Notes: generated by a model not told the origin, from the letters alone. A stretch of DNA of 64,000 bases from a virus (IMGVR_UViG_3300032214_000528:32001-96000), one strand, 5' to 3'; shown: positions 51,515-64,000, counted from the stretch's first letter. Made by a program: numbers and translations.

Positions 51515-53215
51515 ATGGGTATTTTCACCAACGACGATTCCACACCAGTCACACCCGCTCCTAAAAAATCTGCCCCGTCAGCTTTATCTACTATTTTTAC
51601 ATCTAACGCACAAACAGTTGCCTACTCAACTCCTCGGGCACTTACTGCTGCAGCAGCGCAGTTAAAAGTTAATGACAAGGGAGAATACGAACAGTTTAGA
51701 ATTCGTCGCTCTGCAGGTTCATCTGCATGGCAAGCCGAAGCTTGGGAGTACTACGACGCAATCGGTGAAGTTAAATATGCTTTTAATCTTGTAGCATCAG
51801 TTGTTTCACGAATTAGAATTTATGCAGCAGTAATTGATGATCCAGCAGAGGCACCAGTATCAGTTCGCAACTCAGACAAAGTCGATGATCGTCTTGCACA
51901 AGCAGCAGAACGTGCATTAGATAGGTTAAACTCTGCATATGGTGGACAAGCAGGATTACTTAAAGATGCAGCTCTCAATCTTTCAGTTGCGGGTGAGTGC
52001 TATCTCGTACAAATGCCCGCTCGTCCAGGACACGGTCTTCCTGAGTCTTGGGATATTCGTTCTGTTGACGAAGTAACAACAGATCCAAAAGGTGGCTTCA
52101 ATGTCATTGGTCGCCGTGAGCAGGGATCTAACTCACAAAGCTCTAACACTAATTTAAATACAAAGCTTGGTAAAAATGCATTTATAGGACGCATCTGGCG
52201 TTCACATCCTCGTTATTCAGATGAAGCAGATAGCTCTTTAAGAGGTTTGCTTGATCTTTGTGCTGAACTTCTTCTATTGAATAGGACATTCCGTGCGACT
52301 GCTCGTTCTCGCCTTAATGCTGGCGCTCTTTATCTCCCAGATGGTCTTTCGGTTGCGGCGCAAGCGGATCCAGACTACCCCTACGATTCTGAGGATGGTA
52401 TCGGCCCAAACTTTACTGCTGAAGAAGCAGAGGACGAATTCGAAGAACAATTAATGGATGCGATGACGACTCCAATCAGAGATGAAGAGTCTGCATCAGC
52501 AGTTGTCCCACTTATCATTCGTGGCCCAGCGGAACTTGGCGACAAGATTAAGCAGTTTAAGTTTGAGCGTTCATTCGACCCAGCACTTGCACAACGTGCT
52601 GACCGTGTTCTCGAGCGCATTCTTCAGGGACTAGATGTTCCAAAGGATGTTGTAACAGGTCTTGCAAATGTTAAGTACTCAAACGCACTTCAAATCGATG
52701 AAACTCTCTATAAATCACATATAGAACCTTTGATGCTGCTTATTGCAGATGCACTAACTGTTGTTTATCTTCGTCCTTATCTTATTGCAAGTGGTTTCAC
52801 TGAAACAGATGTAAATCGTCTTGTTGTTTGGTATGACCCATCAGCAATTGCAACTCGTAATGACCGTGCATCAGATGCTGATTCAGGATTTGATCGTGGA
52901 GCAGTTTCATACGACACATGGCGTCGTGCTCATGGCTTCTCGGATCAAGATGCACCAACTCCAACAGAGATGGCAATCCGTATGCTTTCAGAGCGTGGAG
53001 TGCTTACACCAGAGCTTACAGAAGCAATGCTTGGAGCAGTTGCACCAGATGTTATGGCTGCAATACGTACTGCACAACAAGAAGCATCTGTTGCCCCGCT
53101 ACCCCCAGAGGTTGAGCAAGCACTTCAGCAAGCATCTGCAGGTGCAGAGGCAACAGGAAATGTTGCTGAATCCCCAGATGCAGAGACAGCACCTGAGGGA
53201 ACAGAGAATGTCTGA
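51515..53215 (+). CDS. Portal protein (actinophage type)
   Basis: EAWEYYDAIGEVKY...SRIRIYAA, RIWRSHPR..ADS; 566 aa, at the head of the structural run. Confidence 0.8.
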   Translation: MGIFTNDDSTPVTPAPKKSAPSALSTIFTSNAQTVAYSTPRALTAAAAQLKVNDKGEYEQFRIRRSAGSSAWQAEAWEYYDAIGEVKYAFNLVASVVSRIRIYAAVIDDPAEAPVSVRNSDKVDDRLAQAAERALDRLNSAYGGQAGLLKDAALNLSVAGECYLVQMPARPGHGLPESWDIRSVDEVTTDPKGGFNVIGRREQGSNSQSSNTNLNTKLGKNAFIGRIWRSHPRYSDEADSSLRGLLDLCAELLLLNRTFRATARSRLNAGALYLPDGLSVAAQADPDYPYDSEDGIGPNFTAEEAEDEFEEQLMDAMTTPIRDEESASAVVPLIIRGPAELGDKIKQFKFERSFDPALAQRADRVLERILQGLDVPKDVVTGLANVKYSNALQIDETLYKSHIEPLMLLIADALTVVYLRPYLIASGFTETDVNRLVVWYDPSAIATRNDRASDADSGFDRGAVSYDTWRRAHGFSDQDAPTPTEMAIRMLSERGVLTPELTEAMLGAVAPDVMAAIRTAQQEASVAPLPPEVEQALQQASAGAEATGNVAESPDAETAPEGTENV

Positions 53216-54185
53216 CGCAAAAGCCCCTAAGAAAGATCAAATCAAAGGTTCTAAGAAAAACGCTAAAGGATCTGCATCAGGTTCTCGTAAAGTAGTTTTT
53301 TCTAAAGCAGTTGAAAAATCTCTTGCAGATAAAGTAGCAACTCACAACGAGAAAGCTAGAGAAGGCCGTCGTGCAACTCTAGGAATGCTCAAGGCTGTCT
53401 ATCGCCGTGGTGCAGGTGCTTACAGCACTTCACATCGTCCCGGTATGACTCGCAACCAATGGGCTATGGCTCGTGTTAATGCATTTTTGAAGATGCTCAA
53501 GTCTGGTAAGCCAGCGAACTCAGCTTACAAGTCAGATAATGACTTGCTCCCAGCAAAGCATCCTCGTTCAACAAAGAAGAACAACTCAATCACTGCTTCG
53601 GCTGGATTAGTTCCAGAAGAATCAGACCTAGCTAATGCTCTCATTGAGATCGCTGAGAAGTATGGAAAGTTCAACGAAGATGCAACAGGAATTTGGGCAG
53701 GATACACCCCAGCCGCAGAAAATAAATACAAAGGAATCGGAGTCAAGTGCTCTAGCTGTGTTCTATACATGGGTAACGGCTCGTGCAGAATCATCGAAAC
53801 AGAAGTCGAAGACGAAGGTAAGTGTCGTTTCGCGGTTATCCCAGATGGGGTCGTTGATGTCGGAGTTCTCGAAGGCGAAAAACTCGGAAACGAAATCCAA
53901 TCCTTAGAAGAGCTTGCACAGATTGCTGAAGAATATAGATTTGAACAAGAGTTGGCAGTAGAGATACTTCCTGAAGAAGAATACGACTCACCAGAACACG
54001 CTATTCTTTCTTTAGCAGAGTTTTCAGGGTTTGGTTATGAAGCAGAGCATGCAGTTCGTGCATCTTGGCTTCGTGGAGTTCGCAGCGGTGACGATCCATT
54101 CAAAAGAGCATCTAATTTTGCAATACTAGGTTATGAAAGCTTAGATTCAGATTTGTTACCTAAAAAGGGAGAAGATAATGTCTAA
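53208..54185 (+). CDS. Head-associated protein with conserved AVYRRG/QWAMARVNAF domain and a four-Cys motif
   Basis: TLGMLKAVYRRGAGAYSTSHRPG..QWAMARVNAFL..DLLPAKHPRST; CSSC-x8-C-x13-C. Confidence 0.7.
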   Translation: MSDAKAPKKDQIKGSKKNAKGSASGSRKVVFSKAVEKSLADKVATHNEKAREGRRATLGMLKAVYRRGAGAYSTSHRPGMTRNQWAMARVNAFLKMLKSGKPANSAYKSDNDLLPAKHPRSTKKNNSITASAGLVPEESDLANALIEIAEKYGKFNEDATGIWAGYTPAAENKYKGIGVKCSSCVLYMGNGSCRIIETEVEDEGKCRFAVIPDGVVDVGVLEGEKLGNEIQSLEELAQIAEEYRFEQELAVEILPEEEYDSPEHAILSLAEFSGFGYEAEHAVRASWLRGVRSGDDPFKRASNFAILGYESLDSDLLPKKGEDNV

Positions 54186-57100
54186 GAAGAATCAGAGACA
54201 GCTTCACGTTCTCTCTCAAAGCGAGACTACATACAGCACTCGTCAACAAGCACGTCTAATCCGTAACGAAGCACTACAAATGATTGAGGCAGCTAATGAA
54301 TTTACAACTAACACCCGTAGAGTTAATCGTCGCTCAGCTTTCCGTGTCATTTCTCGCTCTCTTCATTCTTCTGAAGGTCTCCCATTTTCAGTTCGTAAGC
54401 ACCAAGCGCTCACAGAACTCTCAAACTACATCTCACTTGCAAAACACAACAAGGTAGTTGGCTTAACAGCATTTAACACCGATCTTCTTCCACTTACACA
54501 CCCACGTTCGACTCGTGAACACTCTATGACGGCTTCAGCGATGATTCGTTCACATATTCAATGGGTTACAGATGATCCACGAATCACAGATGAGAACGCT
54601 AAGGCACTTATTGCATCTGCAATGCTTGCTCCAGCTAACTCTCCAGAAAAACTTTATGCACTTACACGCTTAGAGAACCTTCCACAAGGCCATGTTCCAC
54701 TAGAAGCAATGACTGCAGCATATGGTGGAGGAAACTCTGCTGCTGCAAAGCGTGCTCGTGTTGCTCTCCAGCTCCGCGACCGTTTGGGCCGCTGGGTTGA
54801 GATGTTTGGTGGCCTTGGTATCAAGGTAAAGCGTCGTGACGGAAGCACAGCAGCTCTTACAGGTCGTGCAGTAGGGCAGAACATCTTTAGTCCACAACTT
54901 GCAGATGTCGAATTAGAAGATGGACGCATTGTTGCAGTACCAATTCGTCAAGCACGAGGTGCAACATTCCTTCCAAGCCCTGCAGCAAAGAAAGATGGCT
55001 TTACACCTGCTGGTTCAACAGCAGATGACATGGATGACCCAATTATCGATGAAGCAGATCTTACATTTATGGAAAGTCCTAGCTCATTTGAGAAAGATGA
55101 GAGAGGAAGCAAGCAGGGAACAACAAAATATACTGATCAAGCCTACGATGTAGTTAAGTTTGATGATAACAAGCGTGCTCTTGCAGATTTAAGTGAGACA
55201 AACAAACTTAGAGCAGAGCGTGACTTAGACGATGCAGCAGTTGATAAGCAAGGCGAGACAGATCCAGACTCAGGTAAGCAATTTTGGGATCCAGAGAAGC
55301 CAATCTATGCAGTCTCACGTCGTGGCGGAACTCCTTTTGCATATACACAGAACTGGAACGATGCACAGCAAAGAATTCAAGCAGATCAAAGATTCCTTGA
55401 TGAAGAAGAGGGTCGTACACCTCTTGCGAGAATTACTCAGGATGACAACACTCCTGAAGACGAGACTCCACTTGTAGATCAGCAAGATAAGTTTAAGAAG
55501 GAAGAGATCGCACGTCTTCCAGAACAAGAAACAACAAAAGCTCCATCTGATTTTAAATACAAAGTTCCAGAAGATACTTATGAAGTATCTGATCCAACAG
55601 CGCCATACCGCTCCGTATCTGAGTATGACGATCCTGCATCTCTTGCAAATATGTTCCAAGGTGATGAGCTCATTGATGGTCTTGATGATGCAATGGATAC
55701 TGGTCTTGGTCGCCTCACATTCCCAGATGGAACAGATTCAGATGGAGAACCTACTGGTGGAGAGCAAGAAGTTCCAGCAGAAGCAATTCTTAAAGCAATT
55801 GATGAAAAGGGCGGGGATGCAGAACTTGCACTTGCTCAAGCATACGATAAGCGTCTAGGGACAACAGAAAATGAAGACGCACTTGCTGCAAAGCGTGAAG
55901 CAGATAGAGGAGCAAAGGTTGGCGAGCCAAAGAAGCTCGGCGAAGTATTCGACGAAGTAACAAAGGCTCCAGAGCCAGAAGCAGAAGCACCAGTTGAAGA
56001 AACTCCTGTTGCAGAGATCCCAGAGATTACTGAAGATGCAGAGCCATCCACATATCCAGCTCTAATTGATGGACTTACAGAAGAAGAGCAAGCAGAGTTT
56101 GAGAAGAGCAAAGACTACACTCCATATCTCACAGAAGATGCTCCAGTCGAGTGGCCAGAAGGTTTTACACCGCCACAAAATAGAATTCTTAGCGAAAAAG
56201 AGCGTGCACAAGCTTTAGAAATTGCTAGCTCAGATATTCCTGACGAAGATCTAGCCGAGTCATACAACGGTGCAATCAAAAATAAATATGACGAAGATGG
56301 TTATGCACCATTTGGTGATTTAGACGAGAACAACGAAGTGCAGACAATTCAAGTACCAAGTGAAGTTCTTCGTGATGCAATGAAGCTTCGCAACTTTGAC
56401 ATGGACGAAACTAATCAACAGGTTGTTGACGGAACTTGGGATGAAGTAGACCCAGAAGATGAAGTTGCATTGGAAGAAGAACCTGTAGCAGAGATTCCTA
56501 CACCAAAGACTCCAGATGAAGGCAAGGGAACTAAGTCTGGCAAAGATCCTCTCAAGGAAGGTTGGGGATCGGAAGACTGGATTGACGAAACATCTAAGGA
56601 TCCTCGTTTCCACGAGATGCTTAAGAAGAATAAAGATTTTGCAAGACTTACTGGTTTCTTTAACGATCCAACATTCGATAGCCCTCTTCTCTCTGACTAC
56701 CAAGACAAAGATATGGAAGGCTTTGAGTCTGGCAGTGAAGTAGAGGCAATCGATCTTGGCGAGTATGGGTTTGAACCAGGACCTTCAGCCCGTGTTCAGT
56801 ATGCACTTGATATTTTGCAAGATCCTACACAATCAGCTCGTGCTGGTTTCAAGGACTGGAGAACTGGTGAGCGCTCAGCAGAGAACGAAAGAAATATTCT
56901 CAAGGCAGCAGATGAGCAACTAGATCTTGCTAAGCAGGATCTCTCTGAAAAAGATGTTATTGAAAACAAAGCAATTGATTCTGTCCGTGCAACTCTTGCA
57001 AAAGAAATTGCAAAGCTTGACAAGCAGATCGAGAAAGATAAGAAGGCTGAGGAAGAAGCAAAGATTGCTCCTCAGGTTTCTTACAAACTAAGAGGAGATC

Positions 57101-60100
57101 GCTTAGAGCTTCGCTCTGGTAAGAAGGCTCCATTCAGAAGACAAGATGTAAAAGACTTTTTAGATGATAATGGTTTTGATTGGAACCCAGATGCTAAGGC
57201 TGAAACAAAATCTGGTATGGATGAAGCAAGCGCTAAGAAGTTCCTTCGTGATTTAAGAGATAAATATGGTATTGATCTTCTTCCAAGAGAAGGACAGCCA
57301 CCAATCGACCTTGAATCAAAGGACGAAGTAATTGAAGCTCCTTCAACTCCTGAAACTCCATCTGCAAAGCCAAAAGAAAAGTCTCTCAAAGAAAGAGAAG
57401 AAGAAGAGTTCGGTAAGTTCTTACCTCTTCCAGATCCCTTACCTGAAGGTTGGGTAAAAGATGAAGAGCGTGGATTCAACGAAGTTTATTACATGCAAGC
57501 TGTTGAAAACGAAAACGGCGATAGAATTGTTGGAACATACGGTAAGGATGGAAGTAGAGACCCATACTGGACAGTAAGCGCTGACTTTGACTCGCCAGAA
57601 TCATTTAAGTCTTTTGAAGATGCACTTGATTTCTATAACAAAAATTCTGGAAAGCAAACAGAAGACAGTGCCGAACCAGAGACTTCTGAAGACACAACAC
57701 CTGTTGAAGATGTAGTTGAGCTATCCCCTACTCTAAACGAAAAATTACTAAAGCGTGATGGCATCCAGATGGTAAAGATCACTGGCCCAAATGGAGAAGA
57801 GATTGAGACACCAGTCTTTAATCTTCGTGGTCGCCCTATGGTTTTAATCAATGTTAATGGTGTACGCATACCGTTCTACATTAGCTCGGGTAAAGGCGGT
57901 AAAGCAGGTGTTCCTGTTGGAAAGTGGTATCCAATCTTTGGAATCGGTACCGATGGCTGGTTTAATAAGGGCAACGAAGAAGAGATTAACAACTACTTCG
58001 ATAGTCCAGAGCTAAGAGAGGTAGCTGAATGGCTTAACTCTAATATTGGAGATATCCGTAAAGAAGATATGCCAGAGTCTGACGAAGTCACTGACGAGCT
58101 TCGTGCACAGATAAACCAAGACCTATCTCCAGGTCGTTACTATGAAAACGCTGTTGTCTACGGAAATAGAGCTCTTGCCCTTGCAAAAATTAGGGGAGAT
58201 GAAGAAGCAGTAAAACAAGAAGAAGCAATTCTTAAAAAATACCTAGACGATATAGCAAAATTTGAAGCTGAAAAGAAAAAGCAAGAAGAAGAAGGACAGG
58301 AAGAGCCAACTGTAGAAGAAGTAGTTCCTGAAGAAGAAGAAGTAAAAGAGCCTGTTGCTGAAGAACCTGCGGCAAAAAGGAATATCTTCCAAGAATCACT
58401 TGACATAATTCAAGAGGGACTTCTTGATGCATTGTCAGAAGAAGGTCCTAACATAACTGTCTCAGAGTTAGTAGATAGACTGAAGCGTAAGCTAAAGGGT
58501 GATGACAAAGTTGTAGGAGATTATGGCACTAGAGGTGACATGATTAGCAAGCTCATGTGGGCTAAGTGGGGCGCTGGTTTCTGGAGAAACGAATCTCCAT
58601 ACATTAGAAGATCCATGAGCGAATACAAGTCTGAATTAAAGAAGCTCTCAGACGAAGAACTTATTGCATTAGTTGATATGTATTACGACGAGATTGATGC
58701 TCGTCTTGAAGCTGAGAGAGAAGCATCACGACCAGTTGAACCAACGCCGCTTACTCCTGAAGAAGCTGCGGAAGTAGAGAGAAAGCGTAGAGTTAAAGAG
58801 CTTCGTGATAAGAAGCGCAGAGAGCGTGAAGACAAGCTTCTAGAAGAAGATGATAAGGCTAAGGAAGAAGAAGAAAAGCCAACCCCTGCAACCCCTGCAA
58901 CCCCTGCAACCCCTGCAACCCCTGCAACCCCTGCGAAGCCAACTCCTACAACCCCAGAAAAGCCTAAGCCATCTGATTACGAAGAAGACACTCCTGATGG
59001 ATTTGTTTATGTTGACAAGAGCGACAATGACGTTAAAGATGGAGATGAAATTAATCTCCCTAGTGTTGGCTGGGTAAAAGTTAAGAGAAAGGTTTTCCTT
59101 CCTGGTAGAACCACTGCAGATGTTGTCTATGAAGATGAAAATGGTAATGAAGGTACTGGTTTCTTACCTAGAACAGTTGAGACTCGTGCTAAGCAAGCTC
59201 CTGCTGAAGAACGCAATCGTAAGACTCCAGCAAAGCTTAGAGTCGGAGAAGAAGTCTATCTTGTTGATAAAGATGGAGATGGTCCTGGCTGGGTAAAGGT
59301 TCTAGAAGTAAAAAAGAGAAATTGGAATTCAGGGAACAGTAAAGGCGACCAAACCACATGGGAAATATGGTACGAAGATGCAAATGGAAAGCGTAGTCTT
59401 TGGACATATAACTACTGGAGCAGTAGCAGTTGGGGCGGAGACGGTCAAACTGGTAAGTTCCCTACTCGTCCTGCAACATCTAAAGCACCAGAACCTGTAG
59501 AAGAACCTTCAGTAACAGTTACGCCTCGCATTGCTGCATCTAGAACAACAGATCTTAAGCCAGGCGATGTTATGACTAAGGACTTCTTTACAGTCACAAA
59601 TGTAGAGCAAGGATTCGAGAAGAAGCGTGATGGAGAAATGGTTCCAGCTTCTCGTGTCACTGGTTACTATCCTGGCGGAGTAGAGCAGTCAAGCAAGCTT
59701 TGGGCAGACGACGTTTTATTTGATGTATATCGTGATGTAACTCCTCCTGCAAAGGGAGATCTTCCAGAACTTAATCAGCCAAAGATGGGTGATTATGGAA
59801 AGCTCACAAAGGTCAATGGCGAATGGGAGCTAAAAGACCCAGCTGAGCAAAAGCAATTTGAACAAGACATGGAAAAGTATCAGGAGCAACTATCCACACA
59901 GAAGGCTCTTTGGGAAGCTCCAGTTGTTGAAGTTCCTGTAAAGGAATTTACACCTGAAAACACTCTCCACGTTGTCAACGCACTTGGTAAAGATCTCAAG
60001 CCAAACGATATTGCATTCCGTCGTGACGAGAATGGTGAGCTCAGCGAGTTTTTCGTTATTGAAGAAGTTCTTCCAGGCACAGTTATGGTCCCTCGTGCAG

Positions 60101-63100
60101 ATGGAAAGCCAGCAGAAGAGAAGGTTCAAATCCGTGGATACTATCCAGGACACGAATCACAAGTTAAGTCTTGGAAGACTGGCACATCTGTTGAAGTTCT
60201 CCGTGGGGAACAAGCAGCAAACATTCCTGCAAAGGGTGATAAGCCAGCAATCGATAGCATCGAGCCAGGAACTCTCAAGGGTCAGGCATACAAAGATAAG
60301 AACGCAGAAATTTCAGCATTAAGAAAAGAAGCTGGCAAGGCATACACACCTGATCTAACAGCCTCAGAGATTCCTGCAGTACTTGTAGAAAGACCTAATA
60401 GCTTTAATCGTGGAAACCGCCCAGCGTTCTTTGGCAAGGCTGCAGAACTTGCAAACCTCAAAGATGGTAAAGCAATCTCTGATGCTCTTAAGGGCAAGCG
60501 AGTTGTCTACTTCGACTTTGAAACAGTAGGAACTGGAAAGTTTGATAACGACAATCCTGATGCACCAATTCAGGTTGCAGCATCTGTCTGGGAAGGTGGA
60601 GAAAAGGTTGGAGAGATCAACCTATTCATTAACCCAGGAGAGCCTCTTGGGGACTATTACTATAAAGAAGATGAAAACGGAAACAAAGTTCTTGATCCAG
60701 AAAAGCTTCTCAGCTCAGACGGGCAGACAGTTGATGATGCATTCTTAGCATCTCAACCATCTATTGAAGATCAGCTTCGTGCATTTGCAGAGTTTGCTGG
60801 ACAAGATGCAATCTTTGTTGCACACAATGCAGAGTTTGATACAAACACATTCGAGAAGTGGGCTCAGAAGCTAGGTATTGACTACAACATGGATGGTGTT
60901 ATCGATACTCTTGAATTAGCAAAGAGCATGACACCAAAGGGCAACAAGCTCGGTCAAGTTGCTAAGCGCTACGGTATTGAGAAGACAGATGAAGAGTGGC
61001 ACGATGCTAGAACTGACTCTGAGGTTCTCCCAGCAATCCTAGAAGGTTTGCTTGGAGATATGAAGCCTGACAATAGAGAGTTTGATCCTGCAACTCGTCT
61101 TGCAGAGTTTGAAGCTAAGCGTTCTTCTTACAATGAAAAGCTAGAAGCATTTAAGAAGCAAGAAGCAGATCTTGCTATGGCTGAAGCAGTCAAGCGTGGT
61201 ATGGCTGGAGAGCCTGTATCTATTGATGAAATGCTTGGCAAGACCAAGACAACATCTGGCTTTGGTTCTGAAGGAAGCACAGACTCTGCTGAAGAGTATG
61301 CATATGAATCAATCTTTGGTGGAAAGATTAACAACTCTTGGATCGAAGATGATGAAAACACATTCGTTGTTGACGAAGGTGCAGCAACTGTAGGAGATAT
61401 TAAGATTGGTGACTTCGTACCTGCTGAGGGTGGCGGATACCATGAAGTTGTTGACCTGCTTGCAGACCCAGAAGATCCAAACGGAACTATCGTTGTTCGT
61501 AAGATTGTATCTAGCGGTTTGCTATACAGCACACGAGTTACAGAGAAGAAGTCTCCAGGAATTGGTTGGTCTAACGGCAAGGTTCTTAAGGGAACTCTCC
61601 GTCGTCGTAACGAACTAGCTGGTAAGACACCTGCAGAAGTTAAAGCTTTAGTATCTAAGCCAGTAGTAGTTGCTCCAGAACCTACAACAAAGGAAAAGAC
61701 TCCTACACCTAAGGGTAAGAAGTCAATCACTCCAGAAGAGACACAAAGTGTCGTCTCGGATGCGATTGAGGCAATTACATCTGGTGCTAAGTCAGATTCA
61801 TCTGTTGAAGATGCGGTAAAGGGTCTTCCACTTGATGACACCACTAAGTCTGCAGTTCTTGCAGATCGTGAAGATGCATCTATTAATCACCTATCAGCAG
61901 ACGGTGTTGCTCTTAAGGTTGGCGACAAGGTTCGCAACGTAAAGAATGGCCGCATGGGTGAGGTAAGAGCAATTCTTACAACATACGGACCTCGTGGATA
62001 CAAGAATTACGTCAAGGTTAAGTTTGACGATGCTGCAAAGCGTGAAAATGTTTCAGCAGGTTCACTACAGATCATTAATCCTGATGACGGTGGCGGTTTC
62101 TTCACAGATCCAACTCCTCCTGCAACTGGAGAGCCAGTAAACCCTAACGAGACACCAAAGTCTGCAGAAGAATTAACTTCACTTCTTACTGGAGATGTTA
62201 CAGATAACACTCCTGCAGTTGAAGTTCCAGAAGAGCCTGTAGTTATGGATGCTGAAGATCGAACAAGAATTTGGAAAGAAAACGAAGAAAAGAGAATGAA
62301 GTACGCTCTTGATCTTAACTATCGCCAAGTAAGCCCTGAAGCATTAGAGGCACTTACAGCAGCAGTTCAAGATATATCTCAATATGACAAGGGTCATCAA
62401 AGATCTGTTACAGCATTTATGCCAAGTCTTTCTACTGGATTGCCAGTAGAAAGAACATTTACGTTTGTAAAGCCAAGTAAAAAAGATCTTGAGCGTCGTG
62501 AGGACATGGAAGCAGACGATATTATCGTTATGATTGGTCCTCGCAATACTGAAGCAATTATTAAGTCAGATGGAAGAATTCTTTATTTTGATAATCCATC
62601 TGTTCCAAACTGGAACTTTAGTGTTAGATCTCCAGATCTATACTCAGCTATTGAAAAATCAGACGAGGTCACTTTTCCTTTAGGGGAAAATCCTGATCTT
62701 CAAAATATGGGAATGATTTCAAATAATCAAGAGTTCCCTAAAGATGCTCTTGGAAGTCCAGATGAGATAGAAGATCCAGATTTTGTTGTAGATAGCCCTG
62801 ATGCAGAGCCAAAGGGAATCAAGCCAACCAAGCAACAGCAAGCAGTTATAGATGCTGTAGTTGCTGGCAAGGATGTAATTGTTCAAGCTCTTGCTGGAAC
62901 AGGTAAGACCAGCACACTGAAAATGGCTGCAAAAGCTGTTGCAGAAAAAGATCCAGACAAAACTATTCTTTACATTGCATTTAACAAGGCTGTAGCTGCA
63001 GAACTTAATGCAGATCCAGATCGTCCTTCAAATATGATTGCACGAACCAATACTCAGGTTGCTTGGCACCATTCACCTAAGTGGATGCAAAAGCGTAGCT

Positions 63101-64000
63101 TTGACAAAACACTGCTTTCACTGCCAACTGATGTAGCTGATCATCTCGAGATCGGACCAGTTAAGGTTACAGAGATTAAGAAAGACGGATCAAAGGTAGA
63201 AGCAACTCTTTCAAGTAAAGATGTCGTTGGAGTAATTCGTCAGGCAGTAACAGCATTTGCACAGAGTGCAGATGAAAAGATTATGCCTCAGCACTTCACA
63301 GATAACTTTGTAGACATTCCTGAAGTGTTTATTGACTACGCAAACCGCTGGTGGGACGACATCTCAAGCCCTAAGGGTAAGCTAGCGATGAATCAGTCTT
63401 ACCCAGAAAAATATGTTCAGCTAAATGGCATAGATGTAACAATGTCTCCAAGTGAAGCGGGTGCAAACCCAGCAACAATGATCCCTGCAGCAGACATTAT
63501 CTTCTTTGATGAAGCACAAGATATTAATGATGTTGCTGGCGATTGGGTTCGTAAGCAAACTGTACAAAAAGTATTCGTTGGCGATGGAAATCAATCTATC
63601 TATGGTTTCCGTGGAGCAAAGGATCAACTAGATACTCTTGAAGGAGCAGATAAGCTTCAAATCACAGAGTCGTTCCGCTTCGGTCCAAACATTGCAGCAC
63701 CTGCCAACCGTTTCCTTGCTGTTGCTGGAAAGCCAGAAAGAGTTGTTGGAGCTGGAAAAGATCAAGGTAAAGTTGTAGAAAGCCTTGACGAGATGCCAGA
63801 TCCAGATGCAGTTCTTGTCCGCACAAACGGTGGTGGATTTAAGGCAATGCTTGAGTATCTTGAGCAAGGAAAGACTGTCGGAATTAGTCAATCAACTAAG
63901 ACAAGACTTGAAGAAGTTATTGACACAACAAGTTGGCTCATGGGCGGAAAGAAGGGCTCAAAGCCAGCTAAGTACAACGCAGAAATTGGAATGTACGACT
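54178..64000 (+). CDS. Giant multidomain (polyvalent) protein, partial, >3270 aa, with DEDDh 3'-5' exonuclease and UvrD/Rep SF1 helicase domains
   Basis: Frame read without a stop from ATG 54178 to the window end. Exonuclease: YFDFET (~60510), VAHNAEFD (~60820), HDARTD (~61000). Helicase: ALAGTGKT (62887), FFDEAQD (63502), [20 protein letters not shown]. Confidence 0.92.
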   Translation, partial: MSKKNQRQLHVLSQSETTYSTRQQARLIRNEALQMIEAANEFTTNTRRVNRRSAFRVISRSLHSSEGLPFSVRKHQALTELSNYISLAKHNKVVGLTAFNTDLLPLTHPRSTREHSMTASAMIRSHIQWVTDDPRITDENAKALIASAMLAPANSPEKLYALTRLENLPQGHVPLEAMTAAYGGGNSAAAKRARVALQLRDRLGRWVEMFGGLGIKVKRRDGSTAALTGRAVGQNIFSPQLADVELEDGRIVAVPIRQARGATFLPSPAAKKDGFTPAGSTADDMDDPIIDEADLTFMESPSSFEKDERGSKQGTTKYTDQAYDVVKFDDNKRALADLSETNKLRAERDLDDAAVDKQGETDPDSGKQFWDPEKPIYAVSRRGGTPFAYTQNWNDAQQRIQADQRFLDEEEGRTPLARITQDDNTPEDETPLVDQQDKFKKEEIARLPEQETTKAPSDFKYKVPEDTYEVSDPTAPYRSVSEYDDPASLANMFQGDELIDGLDDAMDTGLGRLTFPDGTDSDGEPTGGEQEVPAEAILKAIDEKGGDAELALAQAYDKRLGTTENEDALAAKREADRGAKVGEPKKLGEVFDEVTKAPEPEAEAPVEETPVAEIPEITEDAEPSTYPALIDGLTEEEQAEFEKSKDYTPYLTEDAPVEWPEGFTPPQNRILSEKERAQALEIASSDIPDEDLAESYNGAIKNKYDEDGYAPFGDLDENNEVQTIQVPSEVLRDAMKLRNFDMDETNQQVVDGTWDEVDPEDEVALEEEPVAEIPTPKTPDEGKGTKSGKDPLKEGWGSEDWIDETSKDPRFHEMLKKNKDFARLTGFFNDPTFDSPLLSDYQDKDMEGFESGSEVEAIDLGEYGFEPGPSARVQYALDILQDPTQSARAGFKDWRTGERSAENERNILKAADEQLDLAKQDLSEKDVIENKAIDSVRATLAKEIAKLDKQIEKDKKAEEEAKIAPQVSYKLRGDRLELRSGKKAPFRRQDVKDFLDDNGFDWNPDAKAETKSGMDEASAKKFLRDLRDKYGIDLLPREGQPPIDLESKDEVIEAPSTPETPSAKPKEKSLKEREEEEFGKFLPLPDPLPEGWVKDEERGFNEVYYMQAVENENGDRIVGTYGKDGSRDPYWTVSADFDSPESFKSFEDALDFYNKNSGKQTEDSAEPETSEDTTPVEDVVELSPTLNEKLLKRDGIQMVKITGPNGEEIETPVFNLRGRPMVLINVNGVRIPFYISSGKGGKAGVPVGKWYPIFGIGTDGWFNKGNEEEINNYFDSPELREVAEWLNSNIGDIRKEDMPESDEVTDELRAQINQDLSPGRYYENAVVYGNRALALAKIRGDEEAVKQEEAILKKYLDDIAKFEAEKKKQEEEGQEEPTVEEVVPEEEEVKEPVAEEPAAKRNIFQESLDIIQEGLLDALSEEGPNITVSELVDRLKRKLKGDDKVVGDYGTRGDMISKLMWAKWGAGFWRNESPYIRRSMSEYKSELKKLSDEELIALVDMYYDEIDARLEAEREASRPVEPTPLTPEEAAEVERKRRVKELRDKKRREREDKLLEEDDKAKEEEEKPTPATPATPATPATPATPAKPTPTTPEKPKPSDYEEDTPDGFVYVDKSDNDVKDGDEINLPSVGWVKVKRKVFLPGRTTADVVYEDENGNEGTGFLPRTVETRAKQAPAEERNRKTPAKLRVGEEVYLVDKDGDGPGWVKVLEVKKRNWNSGNSKGDQTTWEIWYEDANGKRSLWTYNYWSSSSWGGDGQTGKFPTRPATSKAPEPVEEPSVTVTPRIAASRTTDLKPGDVMTKDFFTVTNVEQGFEKKRDGEMVPASRVTGYYPGGVEQSSKLWADDVLFDVYRDVTPPAKGDLPELNQPKMGDYGKLTKVNGEWELKDPAEQKQFEQDMEKYQEQLSTQKALWEAPVVEVPVKEFTPENTLHVVNALGKDLKPNDIAFRRDENGELSEFFVIEEVLPGTVMVPRADGKPAEEKVQIRGYYPGHESQVKSWKTGTSVEVLRGEQAANIPAKGDKPAIDSIEPGTLKGQAYKDKNAEISALRKEAGKAYTPDLTASEIPAVLVERPNSFNRGNRPAFFGKAAELANLKDGKAISDALKGKRVVYFDFETVGTGKFDNDNPDAPIQVAASVWEGGEKVGEINLFINPGEPLGDYYYKEDENGNKVLDPEKLLSSDGQTVDDAFLASQPSIEDQLRAFAEFAGQDAIFVAHNAEFDTNTFEKWAQKLGIDYNMDGVIDTLELAKSMTPKGNKLGQVAKRYGIEKTDEEWHDARTDSEVLPAILEGLLGDMKPDNREFDPATRLAEFEAKRSSYNEKLEAFKKQEADLAMAEAVKRGMAGEPVSIDEMLGKTKTTSGFGSEGSTDSAEEYAYESIFGGKINNSWIEDDENTFVVDEGAATVGDIKIGDFVPAEGGGYHEVVDLLADPEDPNGTIVVRKIVSSGLLYSTRVTEKKSPGIGWSNGKVLKGTLRRRNELAGKTPAEVKALVSKPVVVAPEPTTKEKTPTPKGKKSITPEETQSVVSDAIEAITSGAKSDSSVEDAVKGLPLDDTTKSAVLADREDASINHLSADGVALKVGDKVRNVKNGRMGEVRAILTTYGPRGYKNYVKVKFDDAAKRENVSAGSLQIINPDDGGGFFTDPTPPATGEPVNPNETPKSAEELTSLLTGDVTDNTPAVEVPEEPVVMDAEDRTRIWKENEEKRMKYALDLNYRQVSPEALEALTAAVQDISQYDKGHQRSVTAFMPSLSTGLPVERTFTFVKPSKKDLERREDMEADDIIVMIGPRNTEAIIKSDGRILYFDNPSVPNWNFSVRSPDLYSAIEKSDEVTFPLGENPDLQNMGMISNNQEFPKDALGSPDEIEDPDFVVDSPDAEPKGIKPTKQQQAVIDAVVAGKDVIVQALAGTGKTSTLKMAAKAVAEKDPDKTILYIAFNKAVAAELNADPDRPSNMIARTNTQVAWHHSPKWMQKRSFDKTLLSLPTDVADHLEIGPVKVTEIKKDGSKVEATLSSKDVVGVIRQAVTAFAQSADEKIMPQHFTDNFVDIPEVFIDYANRWWDDISSPKGKLAMNQSYPEKYVQLNGIDVTMSPSEAGANPATMIPAADIIFFDEAQDINDVAGDWVRKQTVQKVFVGDGNQSIYGFRGAKDQLDTLEGADKLQITESFRFGPNIAAPANRFLAVAGKPERVVGAGKDQGKVVESLDEMPDPDAVLVRTNGGGFKAMLEYLEQGKTVGISQSTKTRLEEVIDTTSWLMGGKKGSKPAKYNAEIGMYD
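58882..58935 (+). repeat. 9-bp tandem repeat encoding a (TPA)6 linker
   Basis: ACCCCTGCA x5 plus ACCCCTGCG. Confidence 0.95.

Noticed and set aside
54654-63891. Many short ORF-track ORFs on both strands
   Set aside because: All are shadows of the single open + frame starting at 54178
1-64000. Stop-codon reassignment
   Set aside because: Known proteins (ThyX, NrdJ, portal, halogenase) are full length in the standard code, and TAA, TAG and TGA all serve as stops

Overview
The window is a 64-kb piece of a large, AT-biased tailed dsDNA phage genome. An actinobacterial host is inferred from two WhiB proteins, a DUF3039-like gene, at least 12 leaderless TANNNT-N6/7-ATG promoters and an actinophage-type portal; the AT bias suggests a low-GC freshwater lineage. 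There are four parts. (1) 1-29.5 kb: metabolic and accessory genes, including serine recombinase, ThyX, two HNH nucleases, a proteasome-beta-like peptidase, thioredoxin, a flavin-dependent halogenase flanked by four paralogous proteins, an ABC-ATPase/GNAT fusion, a methyltransferase, dCMP deaminase, CHAP endolysin, two WhiB, class II RNR, a glycosyltransferase, tRNA-Arg(UCU) and a TerS-like gene. (2) 29.5-30.75 kb: a non-coding, repeat-dense segment. (3) 30.75-49.4 kb: a dense array of mostly small promoter-gene-terminator units, probably early or host-takeover genes, including a MoxR/VWA pair, a second proteasome-like peptidase and an SLT. (4) 49.9-64 kb: the start of the head module, with a portal followed by an uninterrupted ORF of more than 3270 codons, absent from the ORF track, that carries DEDDh exonuclease and UvrD-like helicase domains. 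The most striking unexplained signal is an apparent RNA loop-loop code in part 3. Five mRNAs begin with covarying hairpins that display AGGGA. Complementary CUCCCU/CUUCCCU loops occur in several 3' UTRs and twice in a candidate ~105-nt sRNA at 42.83-42.94 kb. All protein calls come from motif recognition only; no searches were run.
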